A DNA stretch of 64,000 nt, from NCBI GenBank assembly GCA_030595125.1, contig JAUVDV010000001.1:43861-107860 (forward strand), read 5' to 3'. Shown in pieces: positions 39,376 through 48,526 of this stretch (positions are counted from its first letter, which is position 1; the number at the start of each line of letters is the position of its first letter). The position numbers were made by a program, and so were the translations under genes. The notes beneath the pieces were generated by a model. It was not told the DNA's origin, did not search any database, and saw nothing but the letters and a program-made list of their open reading frames with translations. This DNA is from Deltaproteobacteria bacterium. GTDB lineage: Bacteria; Myxococcota_A; Polyangia; JAAYKL01.

Positions 39376-40722
39376 TTAGCGACGGCGGTGAGGATTGTCG
39401 ATATTGAGCTTCTTCATTTTTCGCCAGAGGGTCGTTGGCGAGAGACCGAGTGTATCGGCAGCCTGGTCGGTGGTGTCGTTGTGAACCAGGGCCGCCCGGA
39501 TGGCCTGGCGTTCCGCTGCGGCGACGATATCCTCCAGGGTCTGGTTGTCGGGTATTCCACCGTCACCGGGTTCGAGCAGGTCTACTATTTGCATTTCGCC
39601 GCCCACTGTGAGAGCGACGCCCTGTTCCATAAGGTTCTCGAGTTCGCGTACGTTCCCCGGGAAGTTGTAGGCGGTCAACCGCTCCAGCGCTCCCTTGCCG
39701 AGCCGTACGGGGCGGTCCATCTTTTTCGAGTACTTGTTTATGAAGTGCTCCACCAGTAACGGAATATCCTCGGGGCGCTCTTTCAGGGGAGGGATCCAGA
39801 AGCGCGCCACCGCGAGACGGTAGTATAGATCCTGGCGAAAACGCTTTTCGTTGATGGCCGTTTGCAGATCCTGGTTGGTGGCGGCGATGAGGCGGATGTC
39901 CACAGAAATGGACTTGTTGTCGCCCACCCGGCGGATCTCCTTTTCCTGGATGGCTCTCAGGAGTTTGGCCTGAAGGGCCGGCGAGGTTTCGCTGATCTCG
40001 TCGAAGAAGAACGTGCCGCCCTCGGCCTCCTCGAACAGGCCCCTGCGAGTGCTTACCGCTCCTGTGAACGCCCCCCGGGTGTGGCCGAATAGTTCGCTCT
40101 CCAGGAGCGTTTCGCTTATGGCGGCGCAGTTGACCGGGACGAAGGGCCGGTTCGAGCGCGAGGAGTTGGCGTGAATGGCCTTGGCGATGAGCTCCTTGCC
40201 GGTACCGCTTTCACCGGTGATGAGCACGGTGGTGTCAGTGGGTGCGATCTTGATGATGCGGGTGAGTATTTCCCTCATGGACTGGGATCGTCCGATGATA
40301 TTTTCGAACTTGTAGCGCTCCTTGAACTCCTGAGTGAGCAAGGAGACCTCCCCGGAGAGCCAGCGCCGCTCGAGCGCCTTGCCCACCTTGATGGTGAGTT
40401 CATCTTCGGAGAAAGGCTTTTGAATGTAGTCCCACGCGCCCAGTCTCATGGCCTCCACCGCGGTCTCGATGGTGCCATACGCGGTCATCACAATTGACTC
40501 GGTGAGGGGTGAAACCTCGCGGATGTGCCGAAGCACAGCTATCCCGTCCAGCTTTCCCATCCGAAGATCGGTGATAACCAGATCGTATGCTTCGTCGTCG
40601 ATGGCTTCACAGGCTTCAGAGCCGTCCTTGGCCTCCGCCACGTCGTGTCCCAAGCTGCGCAACATGATGGACAGCGTGGTGCGCATGTTTTTTTGATCGT
40701 CGACGATGAGAATGTGCGCCAC
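39376..40722 (-). CDS. Sigma54-dependent response regulator (NtrC/AtoC family)
   Basis: Receiver domain, GESGTGKE, ELFGH, GAFTGA, FPGNVREL, C-terminal Fis HTH. Confidence 0.93.
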   Translation of the reverse strand: MAHILIVDDQKNMRTTLSIMLRSLGHDVAEAKDGSEACEAIDDEAYDLVITDLRMGKLDGIAVLRHIREVSPLTESIVMTAYGTIETAVEAMRLGAWDYIQKPFSEDELTIKVGKALERRWLSGEVSLLTQEFKERYKFENIIGRSQSMREILTRIIKIAPTDTTVLITGESGTGKELIAKAIHANSSRSNRPFVPVNCAAISETLLESELFGHTRGAFTGAVSTRRGLFEEAEGGTFFFDEISETSPALQAKLLRAIQEKEIRRVGDNKSISVDIRLIAATNQDLQTAINEKRFRQDLYYRLAVARFWIPPLKERPEDIPLLVEHFINKYSKKMDRPVRLGKGALERLTAYNFPGNVRELENLMEQGVALTVGGEMQIVDLLEPGDGGIPDNQTLEDIVAAAERQAIRAALVHNDTTDQAADTLGLSPTTLWRKMKKLNIDNPHRRR

Positions 40723-40827
40723 TTTGCACTCCTCTGAAGAAATAAAAATTTGGTGACTTCATCCTGTATACCAGCCGGATCGATAGGCCACAACCCGAGC
40801 TATTTTTTCATTAGAGGATAGCGTTAC

Positions 40828-40855
40828 TTGACTTGCATTCAGCCGTGGATACATT
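40828..40855 (+). promoter_or_regulatory. Putative sigma70-type promoter of dnaK
   Basis: TTGACT-N16-TACATT upstream of AGGAGG RBS. Confidence 0.45.
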
Positions 40856-40909
40856 GAGGCCACTTCAGGAGGGGCGAAAGGCCTTTTCGGGGTTCTTAGG
40901 AGGAGCAAA

Positions 40910-42832
40910 ATGGGCAAGACAATAGGAATCGATCTTGGAACGACAAACAGTGTTGTTGCGGTCATCGAGGGCAAGGATCCGGTGATCATCTCCAATGAGG
41001 AGGGCGGGCGCACCACACCGTCGGTTGTGGCCTGGGACGACCAGGGCGAGATCCTCGTCGGCCAGATCGCCAAGCGACAGGCGATCACCAACCCCGAAAA
41101 CACGGTTTATTCCATCAAGCGTTTCATGGGTCGCAAGCAAGCCGAGGTCGGCGAAGAGATGTCCATGGTCCCCTACGACGTGACAAAGACGGCCAACGGG
41201 GATGCACACGTAAAAATCAAGGATCGGGACTATGCCCCGCCCGAGATCGCCGCCCGTATTCTCATGAAGCTCAAGAAAGCGGCTGAGGAGTACCTGGGCG
41301 AGCCGGTGACCGATGCGGTGCTCACCGTACCGGCCTACTTCAACGACTCCCAGCGTCAGGCCACCAAGGACGCGGGCAAGATCGCCGGCCTGGAGATCAA
41401 GCGCATAGTGAACGAGCCCACCGCGGCAGCGCTCGCCTACGGCCTCGACAAGAAGGCCGATGAAATCATCATTGTGTACGATTTCGGCGGCGGCACCTTC
41501 GATGTTTCCGTCCTGGAGGTCGGGGACAACGTGGTGCAGGTCATCTCCACCAACGGAGACACCCACCTGGGCGGCGACAATATCGATCAGATAATCATCG
41601 AGTACCTGGTGGCGGAGTTTAAAAAGGATCAGGGCATTGATGTGTCCGGGGACAAGATGGTATTGCAGCGGCTCAAGGAAGCCGCTGAGAAGGCAAAGAT
41701 CGACCTGAGCTCCCTGATGGAGACGCAGATCAATCTCCCCTTCCTCACCGCCGACGCCTCCGGGCCCAAACACCTCAACCTGCGTCTTTCCAGAGCCAAA
41801 TTCGAGTCGATGATCGGCGACGTTGTGGAGCGAACCCTCGCGCCGTGCCGCAGGGCCCTCGAGGACGGCAACAAACGGCCCGGAGATATAGATCAAGTGG
41901 TGCTCGTGGGCGGCTCAACGCGCATCCCGCTGGTGCAGCAGGCGGTGACCAAGTTCTTCGGCAAGGATCCCCACAAGGGTGTCAACCCGGACGAGGTGGT
42001 CGCCCTTGGTGCGGCAATCCAGGCCGGCGTGCTCTCCGGAGACGTCAAAGATCTGCTTTTGCTGGATGTGACGCCCCTGTCCCTAGGCGTGGAGACTCTC
42101 GGCGGGGTAATGACAACCATGATCACGCGCAACACCACCATCCCCGCAAAGAAGTCGGAGGTCTACTCTACCGCGGCGGACAGCCAGACCTCCGTGGAGA
42201 TTCACGTCCTCCAGGGGGAGCGGAGCATGGCCAAGGACAACAGGACCCTCGGGCGCTTTCACCTGGAGGGCATCATGCCGGCTCCACGGGGAGTCCCAAA
42301 GGTCGAGGTTACCTTCGATATCGACGCCAATGGGATTGTCAACGTTTCGGCCAAGGATATGGCCACGGGCAAGGAGCAGAAGATCACAATCACGGCCTCC
42401 TCGGGCCTGAAAGACGGGGAGATCGATAACATGGTCCAGGACGCCGAGAAGTACAAGGCGGAGGACGAGCAGCGCAAGAAGGATATCGAAACCAGGAACA
42501 AGGCCGAGCAGCTCGCCTACGCCACCGAGAAGACCCTCGAGGAGCACAGGGACAAGCTCCCGCAAGAGGAAGTGGCGAAGGTCGAGGGGGCCATCAAATC
42601 CCTGCGGGAGGTCATCGATTCCAACGACGCGTCGCGGATAGAGTCGGAAATGGAGAACCTCACCAAGGCGTCTCACAAGCTCGCGGAGCTGATGTATCAG
42701 GCGGCGGGAGCGAGCGTCGCCCCCGGAGCGGATCCCACGGACGGCGCCCCGGATCCGGGAGCTCCCGATCAGGCTGAAGAAGAGGGTGACAGCGACGTCA
42801 TCGACGCCGAGTTCGAGGAGAACAAACAGTAG
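40910..42832 (+). CDS. dnaK: Chaperone DnaK (Hsp70)
   Basis: [38 protein letters not shown]-terminal DVIDAEFEE. Confidence 0.98.
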   Translation: MGKTIGIDLGTTNSVVAVIEGKDPVIISNEEGGRTTPSVVAWDDQGEILVGQIAKRQAITNPENTVYSIKRFMGRKQAEVGEEMSMVPYDVTKTANGDAHVKIKDRDYAPPEIAARILMKLKKAAEEYLGEPVTDAVLTVPAYFNDSQRQATKDAGKIAGLEIKRIVNEPTAAALAYGLDKKADEIIIVYDFGGGTFDVSVLEVGDNVVQVISTNGDTHLGGDNIDQIIIEYLVAEFKKDQGIDVSGDKMVLQRLKEAAEKAKIDLSSLMETQINLPFLTADASGPKHLNLRLSRAKFESMIGDVVERTLAPCRRALEDGNKRPGDIDQVVLVGGSTRIPLVQQAVTKFFGKDPHKGVNPDEVVALGAAIQAGVLSGDVKDLLLLDVTPLSLGVETLGGVMTTMITRNTTIPAKKSEVYSTAADSQTSVEIHVLQGERSMAKDNRTLGRFHLEGIMPAPRGVPKVEVTFDIDANGIVNVSAKDMATGKEQKITITASSGLKDGEIDNMVQDAEKYKAEDEQRKKDIETRNKAEQLAYATEKTLEEHRDKLPQEEVAKVEGAIKSLREVIDSNDASRIESEMENLTKASHKLAELMYQAAGASVAPGADPTDGAPDPGAPDQAEEEGDSDVIDAEFEENKQ

Positions 42833-42852
42833 CCCGCAGCATCCCCTGCCCG
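42782..42852 (+). repeat. 71-bp direct repeat, left copy (last 16 codons, stop and trailer of dnaK)
   Basis: 69/71 identical to 45049-45119. Confidence 0.95.
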
Positions 42853-42899
42853 TACTTCAAAAGAACCCCCCAATAATTCCGGTGAGTCGTTCTGATAAA

Positions 42900-42916
42900 A
42901 AAAGTGACTGGCACCG
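42900..42916 (+). repeat. AAAAGTGACTGGCACCG motif, copy 3 of 4
   Basis: Exact 17-mer also at 13506, 16094 and 45024. Confidence 0.9.
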
Positions 42917-42930
42917 AAAATGAAGAGAAA

Positions 42931-43941
42931 ATGGGGGAAATGGTAGATCCTAACGTTGAAAGAATGTTCGACGCGTTTTCAGTGCTGATCCTGGTTTCCG
43001 TGCTGTGTACCTTCGGATGTGCCAGTAAGGGCGCCGACGATGACTCCGACAGTGGGACTTCAGACAGTGATTCGGATACGGGCGATGTGCCTCCAAAGCG
43101 TATAGTCGCAATCGGCGACAATCACGCCGATCTTTCCCAGGCGCTCAAGGCTTTGCAAATAGGTGGAGTTATCGACCAGTCTCTCAACTGGATAGGTGGA
43201 GACACTATCGTGGTTCAGACAGGCGATATTCTAGATCGCGGCGTTGAGGAGTGGGAAGTCATCGATTTCTACGAGAACCTGAGACCCGAGGCCGAGGCGG
43301 CCGGCGGGCAAGTTGTCAATATGAACGGAAACCACGAGATCATGACCGCCTACGAGGATTATCGCTACTTTCAGGAAGAGGCGTGCGCAGCGTTCTCCGA
43401 TCTTACCGGCCTCGATACCAGCAACCCGGCGTTCGACGAGTTCACTGATGAAAATTGCAAATTGCGTGCGGCTGCATTCTGGCCCGGAGGCCCATACGCA
43501 CAGATAATAGCCAACTGGCTCATGGTTGCGGTGGTTCAGGACACGGTCTTCGTTCACGGCGGGGTTCACCAGAAGCACCTCGACTATGGAATCGATGAGA
43601 TCAACGCCATGACCAGGGCCTGGCTGATGGGGGAGGGAAATCTGGATTACAACCAAGTCGGCGGGGGTCCGGATGTGTTCTCGGTGGACTGGGACCGCAC
43701 CTACAGCGATGACGAAATTCCTCCGACAGCGGACCAATGCGACGATCTTGCCAGTGTTCTTGAGCAATTAGGAGTTGTGCGCATGGTCGTCGGTCACACG
43801 GTTCAGAGTCATATCAACACTGTCTGCGACGATATGGCGTGGCGCATCGATACGGGCATGGCCGTGTACTACGGTGGCGTGGTCGAGGTCATTGAAATTC
43901 TGGACGGAAACGTCAACGTATTGGTCGATTTGGCAGAATAG
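42931..43941 (+). CDS. Metallophosphoesterase lipoprotein (Shewanella-like phosphatase type); start uncertain
   Basis: AIGDNHAD, QTGDILDRG, GNHE, FVHGG, VVGHTVQ, RIDTGM; lipobox TFGC with short DS linker. Confidence 0.85.
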   Translation: MGEMVDPNVERMFDAFSVLILVSVLCTFGCASKGADDDSDSGTSDSDSDTGDVPPKRIVAIGDNHADLSQALKALQIGGVIDQSLNWIGGDTIVVQTGDILDRGVEEWEVIDFYENLRPEAEAAGGQVVNMNGNHEIMTAYEDYRYFQEEACAAFSDLTGLDTSNPAFDEFTDENCKLRAAAFWPGGPYAQIIANWLMVAVVQDTVFVHGGVHQKHLDYGIDEINAMTRAWLMGEGNLDYNQVGGGPDVFSVDWDRTYSDDEIPPTADQCDDLASVLEQLGVVRMVVGHTVQSHINTVCDDMAWRIDTGMAVYYGGVVEVIEILDGNVNVLVDLAE

Positions 43942-44018
43942 TTTTTACGCAATTGTGAATTGGCCTGATTGCTCCGAGATCTCCACGGTGCGAAGAAGTT
44001 TGTTATTGAGTGACTTAC

Positions 44019-44032
44019 GACCGCCGGCGGTC
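44019..44032. repeat. Perfect 14-bp palindrome GACCGCCGGCGGTC at transposase stop
   Basis: Read directly; subterminal hairpins are typical of HUH elements. Confidence 0.6.
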
Positions 44033-44966
44033 AGGCCGCGAGCTTGAATTTCGTGACAAGCGGCGGCCGGAACGTGCCCGGCGGGAACTCCACATCAAAA
44101 CATCCAGATCGAAAAGCCGCTGACGCTATGCGATGGGCCTTCACGATCTCCTTGTATTCCGCCTCGTACGCCTTGTAATCCTCTACTGTGTCAGCGTGAC
44201 AAAGAGGTTGGGGTGTCCGCTCCCGGGGAAGGATCGGCTTTGAGAATGGGCTCTCCTTTTCGATTCGCGCCATTCCTTTGATGTTCGTTATCCCCTCTGC
44301 CCTACGCTCTTTACGCGCCAGTTCTTCGTGATTGCGCACGATGTCGCGAAACCGCGCATGACGCGCGTCCTGGGAGAGATCCGTCCAACCGGGCAGCGGG
44401 TGAAGAACAACCTCTGTGTTCTTTGTGTATTTCGACGGGTCGATATCGTGGCGGTCAGCGCCGTTTTTCCACCAGAGGGTCCGGTCCACGTACTTGAACA
44501 CGAGTCGGCCTCCGCGAGAGAGCACCTCGGTCGTTGAGAAACCCTTCCACTGGTTCGCCTTTTCCACGAGGCCGTCCTTGACCACGTTGCACGCTCCGTA
44601 ACCGAGCAGTTTCTCCGCCTTGTTGTCGCTTGTTATCTCCTCGACCCGTACACGGCCTGCCCAGAAGTGCCCCTCTCGTCCGTAGAACCGGTTGAGATCT
44701 CTGGCCGCGCGCCCGGCGAACTCGCGTAAAAACGGGCTGACGTTGTCGGCCTGTCCCTCTCCGATGGAGAAGATGAGTTCCAGGTGGTTGATGTTGGTGG
44801 TTGCGCTATGCAGCAGGATCGGGTGCAGCTTCAGGGCCCTTCCCAGGCTCGAACCTATGATGTTGTTGACCTTTTTCGACGGCTTCAGGAGAAACATTCT
44901 GTCTGCGCAATTGAGTGTTGCGTGATACATTCCATTTTCTTTCCAGATTCTGATTCTTCGCGCCAT
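44031..44966 (-). CDS. HUH/Y1 (IS200/RAYT-like) transposase
   Basis: MARRIR..., YHATLNC, NH-L-E at the HUH position, REGHFWAGR, Y-x3-N-VVKDGLV, C-terminal FPPGTF. Confidence 0.8.
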   Translation of the reverse strand: MARRIRIWKENGMYHATLNCADRMFLLKPSKKVNNIIGSSLGRALKLHPILLHSATTNINHLELIFSIGEGQADNVSPFLREFAGRAARDLNRFYGREGHFWAGRVRVEEITSDNKAEKLLGYGACNVVKDGLVEKANQWKGFSTTEVLSRGGRLVFKYVDRTLWWKNGADRHDIDPSKYTKNTEVVLHPLPGWTDLSQDARHARFRDIVRNHEELARKERRAEGITNIKGMARIEKESPFSKPILPRERTPQPLCHADTVEDYKAYEAEYKEIVKAHRIASAAFRSGCFDVEFPPGTFRPPLVTKFKLAA

Positions 44967-45023
44967 ACTCCCTTAATCGGTCGCTCGACGGAAAAGTTGC
45001 CGAAATTCGTCCGCCGAGTGAAA

Positions 45024-45040
45024 AAAAGTGACTGGCACCG
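45024..45040 (+). repeat. AAAAGTGACTGGCACCG motif, copy 4 of 4
   Basis: Upstream of transposase start, 8 bp before the second dnaK-end copy. Confidence 0.9.
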
Positions 45041-45048
45041 AAAAAGGG

Positions 45049-45119
45049 GAGGGTGACAGCGACGTCATCGACGCCGAGTTCGAGGAGAATAAACAGTAGC
45101 CCGCAACATCCCCTGCCCG
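45049..45119 (+). repeat. 71-bp direct repeat, right copy (orphan dnaK 3' end)
   Basis: Encodes [16 protein letters not shown]; two substitutions relative to left copy. Confidence 0.95.
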
Positions 45120-45126
45120 CGTGAGC

Positions 45127-45564
45127 CTACCAGGTAATGGGTCCTCCACCGTGGCAACTCATTCCGGTGCAGGTCTGAGTTGAGGTGTCGTAGCTTCCGC
45201 TCCCTCCTGGAGCGATGTCCGGATTCTCATCCGTATGGGCCGTCTGGTCGGTTATCGAACCGGAACTGTCTACCATCGTATGACAGGTACTACAGCCCAT
45301 GGAGTGATCGCTATGGGAACCCGTATTGGGTGGATTTCCGTGACATGAATCACAGCCCAGATCGGTATCAGTGTCCGTATCAGTGTCCGTATCCGAATCG
45401 GTATCGCTGTCCGAATCGCTGTCTGAATCCGAGTCACCGTCCGAATCGGAGTCGCTGTCCGAATCGGTATCGCTGATGATGTCATCATCATCTCCACAAC
45501 CGGGTACAAAAACCAATCCAGGTGCCAGTAGTGTGGCCACAAATATGATCATCCATTTTCCCAT
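45127..45564 (-). CDS. Small c-type cytochrome lipoprotein with DS/DT linker (CxxCH x2, CxxxxCH x1)
   Basis: Lipobox VPGC; CDSCH, CSTCH, CTGMSCH; AAGGAGG RBS. Confidence 0.8.
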   Translation of the reverse strand: MGKWMIIFVATLLAPGLVFVPGCGDDDDIISDTDSDSDSDSDGDSDSDSDSDSDTDSDTDTDTDTDTDLGCDSCHGNPPNTGSHSDHSMGCSTCHTMVDSSGSITDQTAHTDENPDIAPGGSGSYDTSTQTCTGMSCHGGGPITW

Positions 45565-45654
45565 GAGAGCCTCCTTGAGACTATAAAAGAAGTAGACATT
45601 GCATTATTGCACAGTTTTTGGGGTTTGCAAGCCGAGCAAGCGCGATGGCGAGAT

Positions 45655-46428
45655 CTATATTTTCGAAAAGGAAGCTTCGATGATCTCTGCGAGTTGTTCC
45701 GTGGATTCCCACTGGGGCATGTGTCCAACCCCGGGAAGGACAACCAGGCGGGCTCCTCGGATCTCCCTGGCAAGTTCCTTGCCTTTGTCAATAGAGGCAA
45801 CCCGGTCTTCCGATCCGTGGACCACGGTGCAGGGACAGGAGATCTCGTGCAGTCTGGAACCAAAGTCGAAGCGTCCACACGCAGCACGTTGACCGGCAAT
45901 TCCTCGGCCCGTCGCCCGCCGTTCGATCCGTTCCGCGACAAGTGTCTCAAAATCATCTGCGCGATCCGAGCAGAAATACTCACCAACGCATACGGCGAGA
46001 GTCTCGCGAACGATTTCCTCAACCGGGCCTCTCGTGCGCCCCATGGCTGCAATCGCGTCCGGAGTTGATCCCAGGGCGTCGGATCGCCCGCCGCGCGCGG
46101 TACTCAGGAGGAGGAGCCCACTAACGGCTTCGGGGAAATCCGCAGCGATTTGCAACGCGATCAGCCCGCCCATGGAGTGTCCCACAACCCCAAATCGATC
46201 CATGTGGAGGGCTCTCGCCAGTCCAATGGTATCCGCAGCCATTTTCTCGATAGTGTACGGACCGTCGGGGGCGTCGCTCTTGCCGGAACCCCGGTTGTCC
46301 ACCAACACGCATGTAAACCGATCCCGAAGGAGCGTCGCGAGCGGGTTCCAGACGGTCAGGTCCAATCCCAGTCCGGCCAGGAAAATCAAAGGTGGTCCGT
46401 TACCGCTCACCTCGTGGTTGATCGTCAA
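45655..46428 (-). CDS. Alpha/beta hydrolase
   Basis: DNRGSGKSD, GHSMGG nucleophile elbow, HGSEDR, GVGH. Confidence 0.9.
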   Translation of the reverse strand: MTINHEVSGNGPPLIFLAGLGLDLTVWNPLATLLRDRFTCVLVDNRGSGKSDAPDGPYTIEKMAADTIGLARALHMDRFGVVGHSMGGLIALQIAADFPEAVSGLLLLSTARGGRSDALGSTPDAIAAMGRTRGPVEEIVRETLAVCVGEYFCSDRADDFETLVAERIERRATGRGIAGQRAACGRFDFGSRLHEISCPCTVVHGSEDRVASIDKGKELAREIRGARLVVLPGVGHMPQWESTEQLAEIIEASFSKI

Positions 46429-47262
46429 CTAGTGACCACTTCGCAAGTTCCGCAGCAGTCTGCCGAGGGGTCGAGAACGCAAGGGGCGTTCGAGGATCTC
46501 CGATGCGCCGCTCCCCTTTGCCGCGCGAACCACCTCCGGGGCCATGGTCAGGCTGGTGGCGACCACCTCGGTGGCGCTGGTGGCTTCGCTGGTGGTGAGG
46601 CTGCGGACAGCCGCGAATCCGTCAGCCTGACCCATGAAGAGGTCCAGGATGACGAGCCGGGGATGGAGCTGGCCGGCAACTATCAGAGCCTCCGGAATGG
46701 AGCGCGCCACGACACCGGCGATGCCGGTTCCCTCTCCGGAGAGGTTGGTGAAGACGTCTATGGTGGTGTCGTCGTCGTCCGCGAGCAATACCACTACGTC
46801 GCGGCCGTCCTCGGTCAGTCGGCGGGAGGAAGAGCCCCGCCTGAACAACCGCTCGTGCTTGAGCGCAGTACGCCTCGCGACTCTAGCCTCGGATCCGTCA
46901 GACGACACCAGGGTCATTGACTGACCGTTGGCCGGAAGGACGAGCTGCTCGCCAATGAAGCGCACGAACTCTCTCTCCTTGGACATGAGCTCCAGAGCCT
47001 CGCTCGCTGTCAGGTAGCCGGCGGCCACGTGTGACAGCACCGATATGTCGATGCCGAGGGACAGGGATAGGGCGAGAAGCCGGGCCGCGTCGTTGACCGC
47101 GATCTGACCGTGCTTCCAGCGACTCGTTCTGGCGCTCTCAAGTCCGATCATCCTTCCGAGTTCGGCGTCGCTCATCTTTTCGGATGTATCCAGATCGTCC
47201 GCCACGGTCCGCACCAGGAGAAACAGCTCCAGACTGCTCGGAAATAGTGGGATCTTGCTCAA
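46429..47262 (-). CDS. XRE-type HTH protein with C-terminal receiver domain
   Basis: SDAELGRMIGLESARTSRWKHG HTH; LLADDD...VILDLFM receiver; TTG start. Confidence 0.7.
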   Translation of the reverse strand: MSKIPLFPSSLELFLLVRTVADDLDTSEKMSDAELGRMIGLESARTSRWKHGQIAVNDAARLLALSLSLGIDISVLSHVAAGYLTASEALELMSKEREFVRFIGEQLVLPANGQSMTLVSSDGSEARVARRTALKHERLFRRGSSSRRLTEDGRDVVVLLADDDDTTIDVFTNLSGEGTGIAGVVARSIPEALIVAGQLHPRLVILDLFMGQADGFAAVRSLTTSEATSATEVVATSLTMAPEVVRAAKGSGASEILERPLRSRPLGRLLRNLRSGH

Positions 47263-47389
47263 CGGGTGCTCCTAAAAAAAGGTTACGTCGATGTTAAGGG
47301 TTCTAGAAGAACTATTTACTGTTGCAAAGTGGAAAATTAAAAGCGAGAAAGAGCCGGCGAGGGCTTTATTGTCGTAGAGGAACAAACCT

Positions 47390-48526
47390 ATGGCCGGCCG
47401 CAAGCGTGTAGCTGAAACAACAGAGGTTCTCCTTCAGGGCAACGTGGCCGTGGCGGAAGCCGCCATTGCCGTGGGATGCCGGTTCTTCGGCGGTTATCCG
47501 ATCACTCCTTCGAGCGAGATCATGGTTCGCATGGCCGAGTTGTTGCGCGCTGATGACGGCGTGTTCATACAAATGGAGGACGAGCTGGCCTCCATCTGCG
47601 CCGTGATCGGAGCTTCATGGAGCGGCGCAAAGTCGATGACAGCCACCTCCGGACCGGGCTTGAGCCTGATGCAGGAGGCCCTCGGCTACGCCTACTTCAC
47701 CGAAACCCCGCTTGTGTTGGTGGATATCCAGCGAGCCGGGCCCGCCACGGGACAGGCGACCCACGTGGGCCAGGGCGATATGATGCAGTTCAAGTACGGA
47801 TCCCACGGAGATGTGTTCCCCGTGGCTCTGGTCCCCTGGTCGGTGCAGGAGTGCTACGATCTCACCATCCGCGCGTTTAATCTCTCGGAGAAGTTCAGGG
47901 TGCCCGTCTTCCTCGCAGCCGACGAGGCCGTGGGACACCTGCGTGAGAACGTGGTGTTGCACAGGAATTTCGAGGTTGTGGATAGGATAAAAGAAGGAGC
48001 GGGCGATCCGTTCGGCTCACCGTTGCCGGATGGAGTTCCGATCATGCCGGCTTTTGGGGATGGCGGGCGCCTGATGGTGACCGGCTCAACCCATGACGGT
48101 CGGGGATTTCGAAAAGTGGACGATCCGGAAATACACGACACTCTCGTAACACGGTTGATGCGAAAGACTCTGGATCACGTGGACGAGATCGTGGAGGTCG
48201 AGGAATACATGCTCGACGATGCCGAGATTGCCTTTTTCGCGTACGGAGTCTCCGCCCGATCGGCGTTGGCGGCGGCGAAACGACTGCGCTCGAAGGGTGT
48301 CAAGGCCGGGCTGTTGCGGGCTCTGACCATCTGGCCGTTCCCGGAGAAACAGGTGACACAGCTCGGTGCGAGGGTGAAGACCATCGTGGTTCCAGAGCTG
48401 AACAAGGGTATGATAACCGGGGTGGCCCGGGGGTTCACCGGCACGCCGGTGCACGCTTTTGCGCAGACCAACGGGAAAATCATAGAGCCCGATAGCCTGG
48501 TGAAATTCGTGGAAGGGCTTCCATGA
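47390..48526 (+). CDS. korA: 2-oxoacid:ferredoxin oxidoreductase alpha subunit
   Basis: GYPITPSSEI, QMEDELAS, ATSGPGLSLM, QRAGPATG. Confidence 0.9.
   Translation: MAGRKRVAETTEVLLQGNVAVAEAAIAVGCRFFGGYPITPSSEIMVRMAELLRADDGVFIQMEDELASICAVIGASWSGAKSMTATSGPGLSLMQEALGYAYFTETPLVLVDIQRAGPATGQATHVGQGDMMQFKYGSHGDVFPVALVPWSVQECYDLTIRAFNLSEKFRVPVFLAADEAVGHLRENVVLHRNFEVVDRIKEGAGDPFGSPLPDGVPIMPAFGDGGRLMVTGSTHDGRGFRKVDDPEIHDTLVTRLMRKTLDHVDEIVEVEEYMLDDAEIAFFAYGVSARSALAAAKRLRSKGVKAGLLRALTIWPFPEKQVTQLGARVKTIVVPELNKGMITGVARGFTGTPVHAFAQTNGKIIEPDSLVKFVEGLP

Larger units (their letters stand above)
42853..45048. mobile_element. Putative inserted element (phosphatase + HUH/Y1 transposase) bounded by a duplicated dnaK 3' end
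   Basis: Flanking 71-bp direct repeats; AAAAGTGACTGGCACCG near both ends; contains transposase-like ORF. Confidence 0.65.

Noticed and set aside
40800-40909. CIRCE element upstream of dnaK
   Set aside because: No TTAGCACTC-N9-GAGTGCTAA match
40865-41896. 343-aa antisense ORF overlapping dnaK
   Set aside because: Long antisense frames opposite Hsp70 genes are a well-known codon-bias artefact
42904-42930. GTG start at 42904 for the phosphatase
   Set aside because: Lies inside the repeated non-coding 17-mer; a downstream ATG is more plausible
45049-45119. Duplications as pure assembly artefacts
   Set aside because: Copies differ by 2/71 and 4/86 substitutions, arguing for real diverged repeats; strain chimerism cannot be excluded without reads
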